Source: a virus
Virus record (IMG/VR): IMGVR_UViG_3300025816_000009
Coordinates: 17,412-81,411 of that record
Length of the DNA: 64,000 nucleotides
Reading direction: 5' to 3' (one strand)
The position numbers were made by a program, and so were the translations under genes. Below are positions 1-9,877 of the stretch, in pieces; the first letter of the stretch is position 1, and every line of letters begins with the position of its first letter. Under the pieces are notes generated by a model that was not told the DNA's origin, did not search any database, and saw only the letters and a program-made list of their open reading frames with translations.

Positions 1-1758
1 ACTCGTGAAGGAGCGCAATTGGATTTACTCTATTATTATCGTGAAGAGATTTGCGCTGTATTCGGAATCCCGCCGATGAAACTTGGTTGGGTTCAGACAG
101 GTAAGTTAGCAAATCCCGAACAACAATTAGACGCATGGTACGATGTTGTCGAATCATATCATAATCGAGTTTCGTCTGTAATTAACAACAACATTCTTCC
201 ACTCTTAGATATTACAGATTGGAAGTTCAAGTTTATTTCAATCAGACCAAAACAAGATGGATTGAGAGCAGAGACGTTCCAAAAGAATGCGTCAGCGATT
301 TCCGCTTTGAGACAAGAAGCAACAATCTCAATCAATGAAGCAAGAAACATTCTCGGACTTGAGCGAATAGAAATAAGAGAAGCAGATAATCCATTCTTCG
401 TTTCTCCAAAATTACAAATCAATCAACCGGACGCTTTCGATAATGAACCTAGTGCAGAAACTACACCGGAAGAATCCGAAAACTTGCCCGAGGAAGCGTC
501 GTTGAGATTACTCGACCTATTCCCGTCAATAGGCATCCCCGAAGGCTACGGTCAAGGCGCGGGAGATTCACCTCAATTCGAACTTGGCGAATCTGTCGAT
601 TCTGAATTATACGAACAAATTGCGTTCAAGAAAATTGACGAACAGGATGCGTTCGAAGAAATAGAACAAGTTCGAAGCGCTTCTCTCGAATCAATGTTTG
701 AAGAAAATCAAAAGGACTTTTCTGATAGATTCATGAAAGCGCTAGATGACAGATTTAGAAACGATGAAGTCATGGTTGGTAAAGACATAGGCGCAGGCGA
801 TTTGAGATGGACGGTTCAGTTCATGGATAAAGAGTTAGAAGAATTACTCAACCAACAGACAATCGTTGCCGGTGTGGAAATGATGGGCGGTTATAGTGAA
901 ACCCTTGCCGTCGTCGGAGCAGGTGTTCCCGGTGCAGTTGGTATCGCAGTAAGCCAAGCAGATGAAGCGGCCATGTCATATTGGATGAGAAGATGGACTT
1001 TGCCTGCTTTACAGAATACACTCAACGGATTCAGAGAAAAGATTCTCGACACGTTTGACAGAATGAATACGAATGGTAAAAATTGGGCGTGGGCAAGTTC
1101 GGAAATGCGACGCATGATTGACCCGACAGGAAATAAATATCCGAAAGGATTCTATCAGAGAATCGCTAGAACCGAAACTCGTCGGGTTGTCGAATCAGCA
1201 CACATCTCCGGATTATCAAAAGCGGGAATCCAATTCGTCGAAAGATTAGTGGTTGAAGATGCGACTACCGACAAAGATTTGTGTTCACCTTTTGATGGGA
1301 CAATATATCGAGTTGACCAAGCGACAGGAATATTGCCTGCTCATCCAAATTGCAGATGTACATTAGTTGGTTATATTGGAACGCCGGATGATGTAAACAC
1401 CGACCCATTGAAACCAATTATTCCTCAACCCAAAGCCAAGCGCGTACTTACGGTCGCTGACAGAACTCCACCTCAAGGAGTTCGAAACGCCTGTAAAACG
1501 GGAATCAAACTTCACGAAGATGGTTTGAGTGGTTCGGGATTAGAAGGCGCAACCGTTCGAGAAGCAAACGCCATGATTAGAGGCCAACCGATTACTGTAG
1601 CAAAAGCGAAAAAGATGATTAGATGGTGGGGAAGAAATGCAAGATTCCTCGATGAGCCAAAAGATTCACCGGCATGGGTAGCCGCGCTATTATGGGGTGG
1701 ACGAGCCGGACTTTCTTGGTCAAGGAAATTATCAAGAGCGTTAGAGGCGGAAGAGTGA
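1..1758 (+). CDS. Portal protein C-terminus fused to MuF/SPP1-gp7-like head morphogenesis domain plus a C-terminal accessory domain (5' truncated)
   Basis: Frame open from base 1; portal-like ICAVFGIPPMKLG and TISINEARNILGL; MuF motifs RIARTETRR and C..C...PAHPNCRC; C-terminal WVAALLWGG domain. Confidence 0.85.
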   Translation, partial: TREGAQLDLLYYYREEICAVFGIPPMKLGWVQTGKLANPEQQLDAWYDVVESYHNRVSSVINNNILPLLDITDWKFKFISIRPKQDGLRAETFQKNASAISALRQEATISINEARNILGLERIEIREADNPFFVSPKLQINQPDAFDNEPSAETTPEESENLPEEASLRLLDLFPSIGIPEGYGQGAGDSPQFELGESVDSELYEQIAFKKIDEQDAFEEIEQVRSASLESMFEENQKDFSDRFMKALDDRFRNDEVMVGKDIGAGDLRWTVQFMDKELEELLNQQTIVAGVEMMGGYSETLAVVGAGVPGAVGIAVSQADEAAMSYWMRRWTLPALQNTLNGFREKILDTFDRMNTNGKNWAWASSEMRRMIDPTGNKYPKGFYQRIARTETRRVVESAHISGLSKAGIQFVERLVVEDATTDKDLCSPFDGTIYRVDQATGILPAHPNCRCTLVGYIGTPDDVNTDPLKPIIPQPKAKRVLTVADRTPPQGVRNACKTGIKLHEDGLSGSGLEGATVREANAMIRGQPITVAKAKKMIRWWGRNARFLDEPKDSPAWVAALLWGGRAGLSWSRKLSRALEAEE

Positions 1759-2130
1759 ATGTTCAAAGCATCAGCCACAGGATTGAACTTTAGTAAGTTG
1801 AGCAAGTTCGCAGGCGATTCCAATAAGAAAGTCAATAGAAATGTTTCAAGAGCAGTACAGAAAATCGCATTCAATATTCTAAGAGATGCGAAAAGAAACG
1901 CACCCATCAGAACAGGAGCGCTTAGAGCAAGTGGTCGAGTTTTAGAAATCAATAAAATGAAGCAAGAAATTGAGTTTGGTGGTAGTGGGACAGGAGTAAA
2001 CTACGCGGCGGCAATCGAATACGGGACAGGTCGAATAAGTCCCAAACCATTTCTCCGCCCGGCTGTCAAACAAAATCAAGCCGAAGCGAACCGATTACTA
2101 ATTAAGGCAGTACAAGACGGAACAAAGTGA
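1759..2130 (+). CDS. HK97 gp10-like putative neck/tail-completion protein
   Basis: AKRNAPIRTGALRAS, YAAAIEYGT, PKPFLRPA motifs. Confidence 0.8.
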   Translation: MFKASATGLNFSKLSKFAGDSNKKVNRNVSRAVQKIAFNILRDAKRNAPIRTGALRASGRVLEINKMKQEIEFGGSGTGVNYAAAIEYGTGRISPKPFLRPAVKQNQAEANRLLIKAVQDGTK

Positions 2131-2297
2131 TGGACTATCGAGACAGGGAATACAAGAAGAAACCCGGTCGTTGTAGAATATGCGAGAAGAAATGGAAGAC
2201 CCCAAAGAAATCCGGCATTGTTCTGATAACGTGTGATGAATGCAGAGCAAAGATGTTGGGCAACAGTAAGAAACCCCGACGAAGGCGTAAGAAGTAA
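2130..2297 (+). CDS. Small basic Zn-finger protein (55 aa, not in ORF track)
   Basis: Manual translation MDYRDREYKKKPGRCRICEKK...CDECRAKM...RRRRKK; start and stop overlap both neighbours. Confidence 0.7.
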   Translation: MDYRDREYKKKPGRCRICEKKWKTPKKSGIVLITCDECRAKMLGNSKKPRRRRKK

Positions 2298-2740
2298 TGC
2301 CGAGGAACTTTCGCAAACTCAACATCCGAAGGTATGTCGGAACTGTTCCCAATCTAACTTACGCATTTGCTAACTTCACAAATATGACTCCAAACGAATT
2401 GTTGAATAATTACAAGGATTATGCAAACGGTGATTCGATAGGCGGAACGGGAACGACACGAACTCCATTAGGAGCGACCGTACATATAGATTCAAGCGCA
2501 CCTAGATTATTGGGAGCATTCCCCGGCGGTGGGATGAATACGACAGGATATACAAATACGAGAATCGCCGCTGTCTCTCAAGTTCCACTACAGACACCCC
2601 AATTGACAGTCGCCGGAACGATTCTTGCGACACCGACGAATCTAACTTTTTCACCATGGGGCGGAACAGGAACTTTGGATAATGCAGTTAATGGAAAAGC
2701 CACGCGATTGCTAAGGCCAATGTTTGTAAAAGTGGTCTGA
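2297..2740 (+). CDS. Hypothetical virion-associated protein
   Basis: Gly/Thr-rich 147-aa ORF coupled to upstream gene in head module. Confidence 0.6.
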   Translation: MPRNFRKLNIRRYVGTVPNLTYAFANFTNMTPNELLNNYKDYANGDSIGGTGTTRTPLGATVHIDSSAPRLLGAFPGGGMNTTGYTNTRIAAVSQVPLQTPQLTVAGTILATPTNLTFSPWGGTGTLDNAVNGKATRLLRPMFVKVV

Positions 2741-2775
2741 CGTATTCATAGCGGTTGCCGCGTCAGTCGTTCGCT
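2735..2775 (-). ncRNA. Putative small hairpin RNA R1
   Basis: Starts 29 nt after cassette TATA (2804); CTGACG...CGTCAG stem enclosing GCGG-CAA-CCGC; no ORF. Confidence 0.35.
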
Positions 2776-2836
2776 GTACTGCCCTCACGCTTTCTAGTTA
2801 TAAACCTTTTCATTGATAGATTGTGAAATTGATATT

Positions 2837-2991
2837 GGGTTAGATTCCCCCCGTTCGTTATCACGAGTAGTTTCGGGGGGGATTCTTTTTCGATGTGTTT
2901 TAAGCATCAGAGTCCGGATTTGCACCGGCAGGTTCGCGACACCGGCCTGTCCTAAATTACCCGACCGAAGCCGGGCGCAGACGCCTCTCCC
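2837..2991 (-). ncRNA. Putative structured RNA R2
   Basis: Starts 30 nt after TATA (3021); CCCGGC-TTCG-GTCGGG hairpin, CCGG-TGCAAAT-CCGG T-loop-like hairpin, CCCCCCG...CGGGGGG stem. Confidence 0.6.
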
Positions 2992-3014
2992 AAACTGAAC
3001 GGGTCGCTTTCTAG

Positions 3015-3067
3015 TTATAAAACTTTCTATTGAGATATTGTAATATTGATAAATAGAAACCTTAATA
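3015..3067. promoter_or_regulatory. Bidirectional class-E promoter cassette (a one-sided copy also at 2798-2832)
   Basis: TTATAAAACTTTCT-ATTGA-N11-ATTGA-N6-GAAACC-TTAATA. Confidence 0.75.
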
Positions 3068-3090
3068 AGCAAAGCACTACAGGAACAAAC

Positions 3091-3255
3091 ATGATAACCC
3101 ATGAACATAATTGCGCCAATTGCTACAAAGCAACGACTAACGAGATGATAATTAATACCATTTCATTTACAATGTGTGAGGCTTGTGAAGAAAAAATAAA
3201 TGCGTCATTTGCGGCAAAAAGAGAAGAAGAAGAAGAATACGGTTCTATTAAGTAG
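3091..3255 (+). CDS. Small Zn-finger protein (leaderless; start 3091)
   Basis: CANC...CEAC; ATG 29 nt after cassette TATA. Confidence 0.65.
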   Translation: MITHEHNCANCYKATTNEMIINTISFTMCEACEEKINASFAAKREEEEEYGSIK

Positions 3256-3275
3256 GTGGGTCTTTACCGATTGGC

Positions 3276-3953
3276 ATGGCTAAATCAGTCAAAGAGTATC
3301 ACGTCAAACCATGTGATGTTTCGGTTATTAGGCCATTTATTGAAAAGTGGCATTATTCTAAATCAATAAACGGGGTTCGTTCCTCGTATTGTTTTGCTAT
3401 GTGGGAAGGAGACGAATCACATTCGAGAGTTCTAGTCGGCGCTATGCTTTACGGAATGCCGGGCATGGCGAACGCTTGGAAGCCTTATGGTGAAAAAGAA
3501 TCTGATGTTTTAGAATTACGCCGTCTCTGTTGCATTGACGATACGCCTCAAAATGCTGAATCATATTTTATTGGTAAGACTCTGAAATGGTTAAAAAATA
3601 ATACGCTTGTCAAAAATATAGTCTCATATTCTGATATGAATCACGGTCATGAAGGAACGATATACAAAGCGTCGAACTTTCGACATGATGGCATTACCTC
3701 TCCGGGACGAGTAATTATCAGATTGTCAGATGGGAAACAATATCACGACAAAACAATCCGAACAATGTACAATGGAAAATTAAAACCATTCGCTCAAAAA
3801 ATCAAGGAACAATTAGAAAACGGGGAAGCCGAATATAGAAATACAGTCGGGAAGAATATATTCGTATATGAACTCAAAAGAAAAAAACATCACAACGTCA
3901 TTCCGGTTTCTCCAAATGTTGAATCGTTAAGTTTCGAAGAATGGTTTAATTGA
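3276..3953 (+). CDS. Mom-like GNAT-fold DNA modification protein
   Basis: FIEKWHYS, LELRRLCC, ESYFIG, IVSYSD..GHEGTIYKASNF motifs typical of Mom-like proteins. Confidence 0.7.
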   Translation: MAKSVKEYHVKPCDVSVIRPFIEKWHYSKSINGVRSSYCFAMWEGDESHSRVLVGAMLYGMPGMANAWKPYGEKESDVLELRRLCCIDDTPQNAESYFIGKTLKWLKNNTLVKNIVSYSDMNHGHEGTIYKASNFRHDGITSPGRVIIRLSDGKQYHDKTIRTMYNGKLKPFAQKIKEQLENGEAEYRNTVGKNIFVYELKRKKHHNVIPVSPNVESLSFEEWFN

Positions 3954-3997
3954 TAATCAAATCAGTGATAAACCACGGACAGTCCCGTTAAGGTCGT

Positions 3998-5596
3998 ATG
4001 GAACTAAGCGGAGCAATCAATATCAAAGACCAAGACAAGTTCGATTCCCTCGACCTTCCTTCCCAAGATGTTCAGATTGAGTATAGAATAATCACACCTT
4101 TCGTCGTTAAGGCTTACGAAGATGACGAGAAGAAAAATGCAGATGTCATGATTAGAGGACCTGTATATGTGGGCGACAAGGATATGCTCGACAGGCATAA
4201 TGAACTTGTTGACTATGAAGCGATGATGGCGGCTTGGGATAAGTATTCCAAGAATCCGGTTATCTTATACAACCACTCTAAGACATACGGAGTTATTGGA
4301 AAAATGACTAATGTCTCCATGGATGAATGGGAAGATTATGGAACTGTTCCAATCGGAACTGCTATGATTGACAGTGGTGAAAAAGACATCACAAGAAAAA
4401 TACAGAAGGGAATGCTCAAGGCTTTCTCAATCGGATTCATAGCAAAAGCGGCAGTCAAGATTTGTGAAGACAAGGAAGATGACTGTTATATCAGATTCAC
4501 CGAGATTGATTGGGTCGAGACTTCGGTCGTCGATGTGCCGGCATCTCCGGGCGCATTATTTTCAGTTGAGAAAAAGTTCAGTTGGAAGAATGGAAAATCA
4601 CTTGGGGAGAAAGTGGGATGTGGATGTGGATGCAAAGGCGAGACTATTGAGTCCAATAGTTGCGAAGGAAAAGTTTCTGACAGCGCTGAAAACTTGTCCG
4701 AGAAAGAAATGGTCGGTGTTGATATTTACACAACAGAAGAGGAAGCATTAGCGAGAGCCGAAGAATTAGGTTGTTCCGGATTTCACACAATGGAAAATGA
4801 TGAGGGAGAAACCCTCTATATGCCGTGTAGTAGCCATGATGACTATGAATCTAGTACCGGAGATAGTGAGGAAGTGGAACTGTCAGCGAACGATTTGGTT
4901 AAGAACCCCGACTCACACCCATTGGATTCAACGGAGTCAACAGATATGTCAACAACCGAAGAGAAATCCATCAGCGAGGACGCTGAAACTATCGACGAGC
5001 CTATAGTAGAAGAGGCAGTTGTAGAGGAACAAACAGTAGAACTAACAGCAGATGAAACAATTATTGAAACTAAGGATGCAGAAGAAGCAGTCGAAGAGGA
5101 AGTAGTTGAAGAGGAAGTAGTTGACGAAGTAGTCGAGACTAAAGAAGCAGAGGCTACAGAAGAAGAATCAGCAACCCCATCCGGTGTTGAGGTTCTAATG
5201 GAAGTTGTTGGTGTTCTGAAAGAACTCAATGACAGGATGACCAAAATGGAATCCGCAGTTGACGCAACCGCTACATTAGAGAGCGAGATTGCAGAACTAA
5301 AATCAGTCGTCGAAGCAAGAGACGCAACAATCTCTGAATTAACAGAAGCAAAGAGTGTTGCAGAACAAGAAGCAGAGATTGAATCAGAAGTTTCAAAGAG
5401 AGTCGCAAAGACTCTATCAGAAGTAGGTGTTGAAGTAGAAGCACCTATCGCAAGCAGAAAGTCAGCAATAGTTGACACCGTAGTTGCTGACGTAAACAAA
5501 GCAAGTAGATTCGACCCACAGCCCAATGTAAGTCCCGGTATGAACGGCCTTGCTAAATGGCTAGAGGCTAACTTAGCGGGCAAGGGTAGAAACTGA
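3998..5596 (+). CDS. HK97-type prohead protease fused to acidic/coiled-coil scaffold
   Basis: NPVILYNH, KAFSIGF, ETSVVDVPASPGA; acidic coiled-coil C-terminus; precedes capsid gene. Confidence 0.88.
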   Translation: MELSGAINIKDQDKFDSLDLPSQDVQIEYRIITPFVVKAYEDDEKKNADVMIRGPVYVGDKDMLDRHNELVDYEAMMAAWDKYSKNPVILYNHSKTYGVIGKMTNVSMDEWEDYGTVPIGTAMIDSGEKDITRKIQKGMLKAFSIGFIAKAAVKICEDKEDDCYIRFTEIDWVETSVVDVPASPGALFSVEKKFSWKNGKSLGEKVGCGCGCKGETIESNSCEGKVSDSAENLSEKEMVGVDIYTTEEEALARAEELGCSGFHTMENDEGETLYMPCSSHDDYESSTGDSEEVELSANDLVKNPDSHPLDSTESTDMSTTEEKSISEDAETIDEPIVEEAVVEEQTVELTADETIIETKDAEEAVEEEVVEEEVVDEVVETKEAEATEEESATPSGVEVLMEVVGVLKELNDRMTKMESAVDATATLESEIAELKSVVEARDATISELTEAKSVAEQEAEIESEVSKRVAKTLSEVGVEVEAPIASRKSAIVDTVVADVNKASRFDPQPNVSPGMNGLAKWLEANLAGKGRN

Positions 5597-5604
5597 AAAT
5601 TAAA

Positions 5605-6681
5605 ATGGAAGTGAAAAAGATGAGTACAGAAGATATTGAGTTTAACGACGTTGTTGAAAGAGTGAAAGCGGCACTAGCGGGTGCGGGTACAGGGACAGGG
5701 CAAGAAATGTTGCCGACTGAAACTGCTGACGAAATTATCGCTATAGTATATGAGAGGAACTTTATGCGTTCTCTATTCCCTGCTATGCCGATGAACCGAA
5801 GAATTATGAAAGTTCCAAAACTAACAGGTTCTATTGAGTTCCATGCTCAAACATTAGGAATGACAGAAGCGGGTACAGCATCCGCTGAATCTCGTGCTAC
5901 AACAGCAGAGATGACTTTAGAATTAAAGACCATGATAGCAAACGTACCAATCGGAAACTATCTAATCGCTTACGGTGTTGAAGGTCTTCTAACAGTTCTA
6001 AGAGATGACATCGCTTCTCGTCTAGCATTTAACGAAGAGTCATTGTTCATCAACGGTGATACAGTCATAACAAACGGCTATGTGAACAACATCAATGGTC
6101 TATACAACGCAGGTACAAACCCTAGTGGTGTTGACGCAGATTCCAACGATTACCTAACATTATTCGATGGTCTAAGAAAGAGTGCAGGTAAGTCAGTTTC
6201 AGTTAGTGGAACTTTCGCACTATCTCACCTACGTTCAGCAATTAACCAACTTGGAGTTTACGCAGATAACCGCGCTGACCTTTCATTAATTGTCCCTAGG
6301 AATCTCGAGGTCCAATTGCTCGGAATGACGGAACTTCAAACCGTCGATAAATATGGAGCAGGTGCAACAATTCTCTCCGGAGAACTTGGACGCATTTACG
6401 GAATCCGTGTTTTCGCTACAGGTGTTATCGCTACCAACCTAAATTGGACAGGCGACTACGAAACAGGTACAGGAACAGTACAGGACAAGACTGTTGCATT
6501 ACTATTACAAAACCGTTCTCCTTTGATTGGAAACCCAACCGTTGCTGACAGAAGATTCAGTATCGGATTCCATGACGAACCACAGAAAGACAGATTCTTG
6601 CTAGTACCAAAGCAAGACGTTGCTTTCGGTGTAAGATACACTGATGCAGTCTGTAAATTAACCGGAATAGCAACAGTTTGA
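5605..6681 (+). CDS. Major capsid protein (HK97 fold)
   Basis: LPTETADEII, LAFNEESLFINGD, GELGRIYGIRV; size and position. Confidence 0.9.
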   Translation: MEVKKMSTEDIEFNDVVERVKAALAGAGTGTGQEMLPTETADEIIAIVYERNFMRSLFPAMPMNRRIMKVPKLTGSIEFHAQTLGMTEAGTASAESRATTAEMTLELKTMIANVPIGNYLIAYGVEGLLTVLRDDIASRLAFNEESLFINGDTVITNGYVNNINGLYNAGTNPSGVDADSNDYLTLFDGLRKSAGKSVSVSGTFALSHLRSAINQLGVYADNRADLSLIVPRNLEVQLLGMTELQTVDKYGAGATILSGELGRIYGIRVFATGVIATNLNWTGDYETGTGTVQDKTVALLLQNRSPLIGNPTVADRRFSIGFHDEPQKDRFLLVPKQDVAFGVRYTDAVCKLTGIATV

Positions 6682-6766
6682 GTAGGATAATGTGGGGAGC
6701 AATCCCCCATTTCCTTCTCGGTCTTGTTTAGCATCGCTGATAAACCGTAAAGGGTGAGGTCAGTCT

Positions 6767-7450
6767 ATGCCTTCATCCGGTTATTTCTTTGGGCCATTAA
6801 TTATTGGTCAAGCGACTGACACTGCCTTAGACTATTGCACATTAGCAGACGTCGAAACTTATGCGGGTGTTGACTTTTCAGAAGGGATAGGACCTACTGA
6901 TTCACAAATTGCTACAATGATTTCCAATGCGTCTCGAGTTATTGACGCATATCTCGGAACTCAACAAGCCTCAACGGTCAGTGTTGAAGAGTGGATTGAT
7001 TCTACGGTGTTCGGTGAACACGCAGTTTTGGGTCTTCGTCCGGTGGCAAGCATAACTAGCATTGAAGAATATGATGGGTCGGGTGAAGTTGCTTACACAT
7101 TAGTACAGGGAAGAAACAGAGACACTGATGATTATTGGCTACATAATCCCGAAGCAGGGATTATCAGATTCAATTCGTACTTTGGAGAGAGAATCAAGAA
7201 TCTATTGAAAGTAAGTTATGTTAGTGGGAATACAGAAGTTCCGGCTATGGTGAAGATGGCTACAATTTTGATGGTTTGTCGAAACGCCGCACGAGCCGCC
7301 TTGAATGATGAAAATTGTATGGATAGAGTCAAGGATATGTGGTACAGATTAGAAGATAATACGAACAAAGAACTTGATTGGTTTTTGAACGAATTGAAAA
7401 AGCAAAAACTTGTTGGAGTTGCGACGTTCGGTTTGAAGGGGAACTATTGA
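6767..7450 (+). CDS. Head-tail adaptor/connector
   Basis: YCTLADVETY, ASRVIDAY, VSYVSG..VPAMVKMA; follows capsid gene. Confidence 0.75.
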   Translation: MPSSGYFFGPLIIGQATDTALDYCTLADVETYAGVDFSEGIGPTDSQIATMISNASRVIDAYLGTQQASTVSVEEWIDSTVFGEHAVLGLRPVASITSIEEYDGSGEVAYTLVQGRNRDTDDYWLHNPEAGIIRFNSYFGERIKNLLKVSYVSGNTEVPAMVKMATILMVCRNAARAALNDENCMDRVKDMWYRLEDNTNKELDWFLNELKKQKLVGVATFGLKGNY

Positions 7451-7460
7451 GGTCAATAGC

Positions 7461-7979
7461 ATGGCGATAACTGACGCAGGTGTTCCGTCAAACTCTGTTT
7501 GGTACGCAATCAAACAATTTATTCTGACAAATCTAACAAGTCCGAGTCCGGGAACATGGACTGTCTCTGTCAACAATGATTGGTTGGAATACAAAAAAGC
7601 AAAAACATTTCAAGTTTGCATAGTTCCTATCTATTCTGAAACTCAAGCATCGACTTTGACAGGTGGAGCAAGTTTGACAGCAGGCAAGATTTCGACAGCG
7701 TATTATCAAATCACTCTAACTCACCCCGACCGGGAATCGGCTCATGGTTTGTTCCGCAACACCGTGTCTATTCTGAATAATGAAACACTCTCAAGCCCAC
7801 AGGCAGGTGGAGCGCTCACAGGCGTCGCAGGGACAGATTACCATTGGATTAGAATCCAAAAAGCCGCCGCGGGTGAAATGATTACATTGACTGCTCCGGA
7901 ATGTGGACCTGATGGTAAGCATGACAAATGCAACGGTTTCAGATATGATATAACAGTCGCAGTACGTTGGAATGAATGA
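7461..7979 (+). CDS. Putative tail terminator/neck protein
   Basis: Position and size; terminal beta-strand FRYDITVAVRW. Confidence 0.5.
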   Translation: MAITDAGVPSNSVWYAIKQFILTNLTSPSPGTWTVSVNNDWLEYKKAKTFQVCIVPIYSETQASTLTGGASLTAGKISTAYYQITLTHPDRESAHGLFRNTVSILNNETLSSPQAGGALTGVAGTDYHWIRIQKAAAGEMITLTAPECGPDGKHDKCNGFRYDITVAVRWNE

Positions 7980-8014
7980 ACACGGTTAAAAGCCCCCAAT
8001 AACCCCGGAACTAC

Positions 8015-8440
8015 ATGGCTCTCGTAGATTTGAAGAAAGCAGAACTCGTCGCTCTCGCAGAAGAGAACGGATTAGATACAACAGGAACTAAAGCAGAATT
8101 GGCTGAAAGACTCGATGCCGTCCTATCATGGGATGATGCAGAAGAGGAAGAAGTGGTTGAAGAAACCGTTGAAGAAGTAGCCGAGGAAGTCGTTGAAGAA
8201 GTAGTTGAAGAAGCGGCAGAAGAAGAGACAAGCGATGAACTTACATCATGGAAGGGATTCGATTTGACAGAAGGAGATTCTGACACTTTCTTGAAAGGAC
8301 TTTACATGAAAGTTCTAGGCAGAGAAGTTGACTTAGGTGGTCTTCGTCATTACACATCTGTTCTTGATATGCACAAAACTCAAACTCGTGCAGATGTTTT
8401 ACAAGACTTACTGAACTCCGAAGAATACAAGAACAAGTGA
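8015..8440 (+). CDS. SAP/HeH-domain protein with acidic linker and DUF4214-like C-terminus
   Basis: LKKAELVALAEENGLDTTGTKAELAERL; LYMKVLGREVDLGGLRHY...LLNSEEY. Confidence 0.7.
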   Translation: MALVDLKKAELVALAEENGLDTTGTKAELAERLDAVLSWDDAEEEEVVEETVEEVAEEVVEEVVEEAAEEETSDELTSWKGFDLTEGDSDTFLKGLYMKVLGREVDLGGLRHYTSVLDMHKTQTRADVLQDLLNSEEYKNK

Positions 8441-8446
8441 TTAGGC

Positions 8447-8542
8447 ATGAATCCCGCATGGGAATTAATTTGCCTCTTCGAGTTTGTTGTTTGGATTGGA
8501 TTGATTACCGATTGGTTTCTCCAAGGTAATAGAAGATGGTAG
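8447..8542 (+). CDS. Putative 31-aa membrane peptide
   Basis: Manual translation MNPAWELICLFEFVVWIGLITDWFLQGNRRW. Confidence 0.4.
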   Translation: MNPAWELICLFEFVVWIGLITDWFLQGNRRW

Positions 8543-8546
8543 TTTT

Positions 8547-8723
8547 GGGAATGACCTTAGAAGGCTGAACGGATTAGGACATATTTCGAACTATGCACCG
8601 ACGTTGGAATAACTAACTCCACACCTTAGTCTCATTTCACTCTCTTTCAAGCACGTTATGAGATACCTTCACATTCCCGCCGCCCGTTGTGGTCGCGGGG
8701 CGACATAGGAACTAAGTTCCTAC
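8547..8723 (-). ncRNA. Putative structured RNA R3 (two 5' hairpins plus closed domain family)
   Basis: GTAGGAAC-TTA-GTTCCTAT; GTCGCCC...GGGCGGC; GGGAATG...CATTCCC closing stem. Confidence 0.6.
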
Positions 8724-8747
8724 AAACTAAGCGAAAGGCTCTCCCCT

Positions 8748-8800
8748 TATTAATGTTTCGGTGTATCAATGTCAGTGAACCTCAATGAAAAGGTTTATAA
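8748..8800. promoter_or_regulatory. Bidirectional class-E cassette driving R3 and R4
   Basis: TATTAATGTTTC-N6-TCAAT-N11-TCAAT-GAAAAGG-TTTATAA. Confidence 0.75.
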
Positions 8801-8823
8801 CTGAAAGCCTGCCTCATTAGTTT

Positions 8824-8934
8824 GTAGGAAGACGCGACACGACATCGACCCGGACGCGCCCTTTACTAGACGCTGTTGAAAAATACTCGCATGAAAGGGA
8901 CATGGATGGCGCTATTCACGCTCCGTCTTCCTAC
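8824..8934 (+). ncRNA. Putative structured RNA R4 (terminal-stem family)
   Basis: First 11 nt GTAGGAAGACG perfectly complementary to CGTCTTCCTAC at 8924-8934; starts 30 nt after TATA. Confidence 0.65.
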
Positions 8935-9536
8935 GACTTAATTCTATCAAAGACCATCAACGTGTTTTTGAACCACCAAAAACTTGAGTCTTTTCTAATT
9001 TGTAATGTATCGGCGAGATGCAAACTGAATCCTCGTCTCGCCATCTCCGCGATTATCACTTCATTCGGTTGTTCGTTTACGTGATAATATCCACCTTGTC
9101 CGGGAATTGCCCAAGATACAATTGCTCTGTTCAAACAAGTTTTACGGATGTTGTGAAGTAAATCTTGTTGCCTATTGGGTGGAATATGCTCGCCGACTTC
9201 TAGGCAGAGGATGTTCGCTCTGTCAAGTTCGACCAACTCTTCGGCCAAATCGACTTGGTGAATTGGATGAAATCTTGCGAGATGTTCTAGCGGCGTTCCT
9301 TCGAATCCTTCAACTTCGAAACCTTGCGTCGAAAGTGATACGCAATAATCTCCCGGTCCACAACCGAAGTCATAGATTGGTTCGTCCATTGGAAAATATT
9401 TCCACAAGTTTTTCATAAGGTCGGGGTCAGAACCATGCTGACCATCCGCTTCTTCGACATTCCAAATCCCGGTCGGTCCTACCATTGACTCACTTCTTCT
9501 TTTTGGAGCGATTTCCGAAAGCCTTTCTTTTACCAT
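8931..9536 (-). CDS. Class I SAM-dependent methyltransferase
   Basis: YDFGCGPG motif I; CLEVGEHI. Confidence 0.85.
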   Translation of the reverse strand: MVKERLSEIAPKRRSESMVGPTGIWNVEEADGQHGSDPDLMKNLWKYFPMDEPIYDFGCGPGDYCVSLSTQGFEVEGFEGTPLEHLARFHPIHQVDLAEELVELDRANILCLEVGEHIPPNRQQDLLHNIRKTCLNRAIVSWAIPGQGGYYHVNEQPNEVIIAEMARRGFSLHLADTLQIRKDSSFWWFKNTLMVFDRIKS

Positions 9537-9876
9537 CGGCTATGTCTTTTCGTTTCGCCATTTTCTTTGTTTCTTCCTTTAGTCTCTTAGTTATGACAGC
9601 GCCGGGTAAAACTTGTTGAGTAATTGGGTCATATTTGTAATAACCCGGATGACGTGCCTCACGGCGTTCTCTCATACAAATATCACAATAGTGCGTTGAG
9701 TCCTTGGTATGTGAGAACTTTTGCTTGACACCTTCGACGAATAATGCTCTTTCAAGCGCTTCTTGTCTTCCGTCTCCATATCCCATTCCGATTATGCAGG
9801 GACGACCGTGAGTCTTGCATGGTTCTCCGCATAATTTTGTTGGCTTTGATACTCTCTTAATTTCTCGTTGCTCCAT
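9490..9876 (-). CDS. Hypothetical Cys/His-rich basic protein
   Basis: ORF in operon; C..C..H..C and H.C..C clusters. Confidence 0.6.
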   Translation of the reverse strand: MEQREIKRVSKPTKLCGEPCKTHGRPCIIGMGYGDGRQEALERALFVEGVKQKFSHTKDSTHYCDICMRERREARHPGYYKYDPITQQVLPGAVITKRLKEETKKMAKRKDIADGKRKAFGNRSKKKK

Positions 9877-9877
9877 A

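Noticed and set aside
2837-2991. Cobalamin riboswitch
   Set aside because: Only the GGTGCAAATCC loop matches; no B12-box elements and no downstream gene on that strand
4843-5583. 246-aa Ser/Thr-rich antisense ORF (and similar ones over the tape measure and tail genes)
   Set aside because: Shadow of the acidic GAA-rich sense gene
8717-8830. 14-bp inverted repeat TTCCTACAAACTAA/TTAGTTTGTAGGAA as MITE ends
   Set aside because: Explained by two divergent copies of the same initiator region; no target duplication or transposase seen
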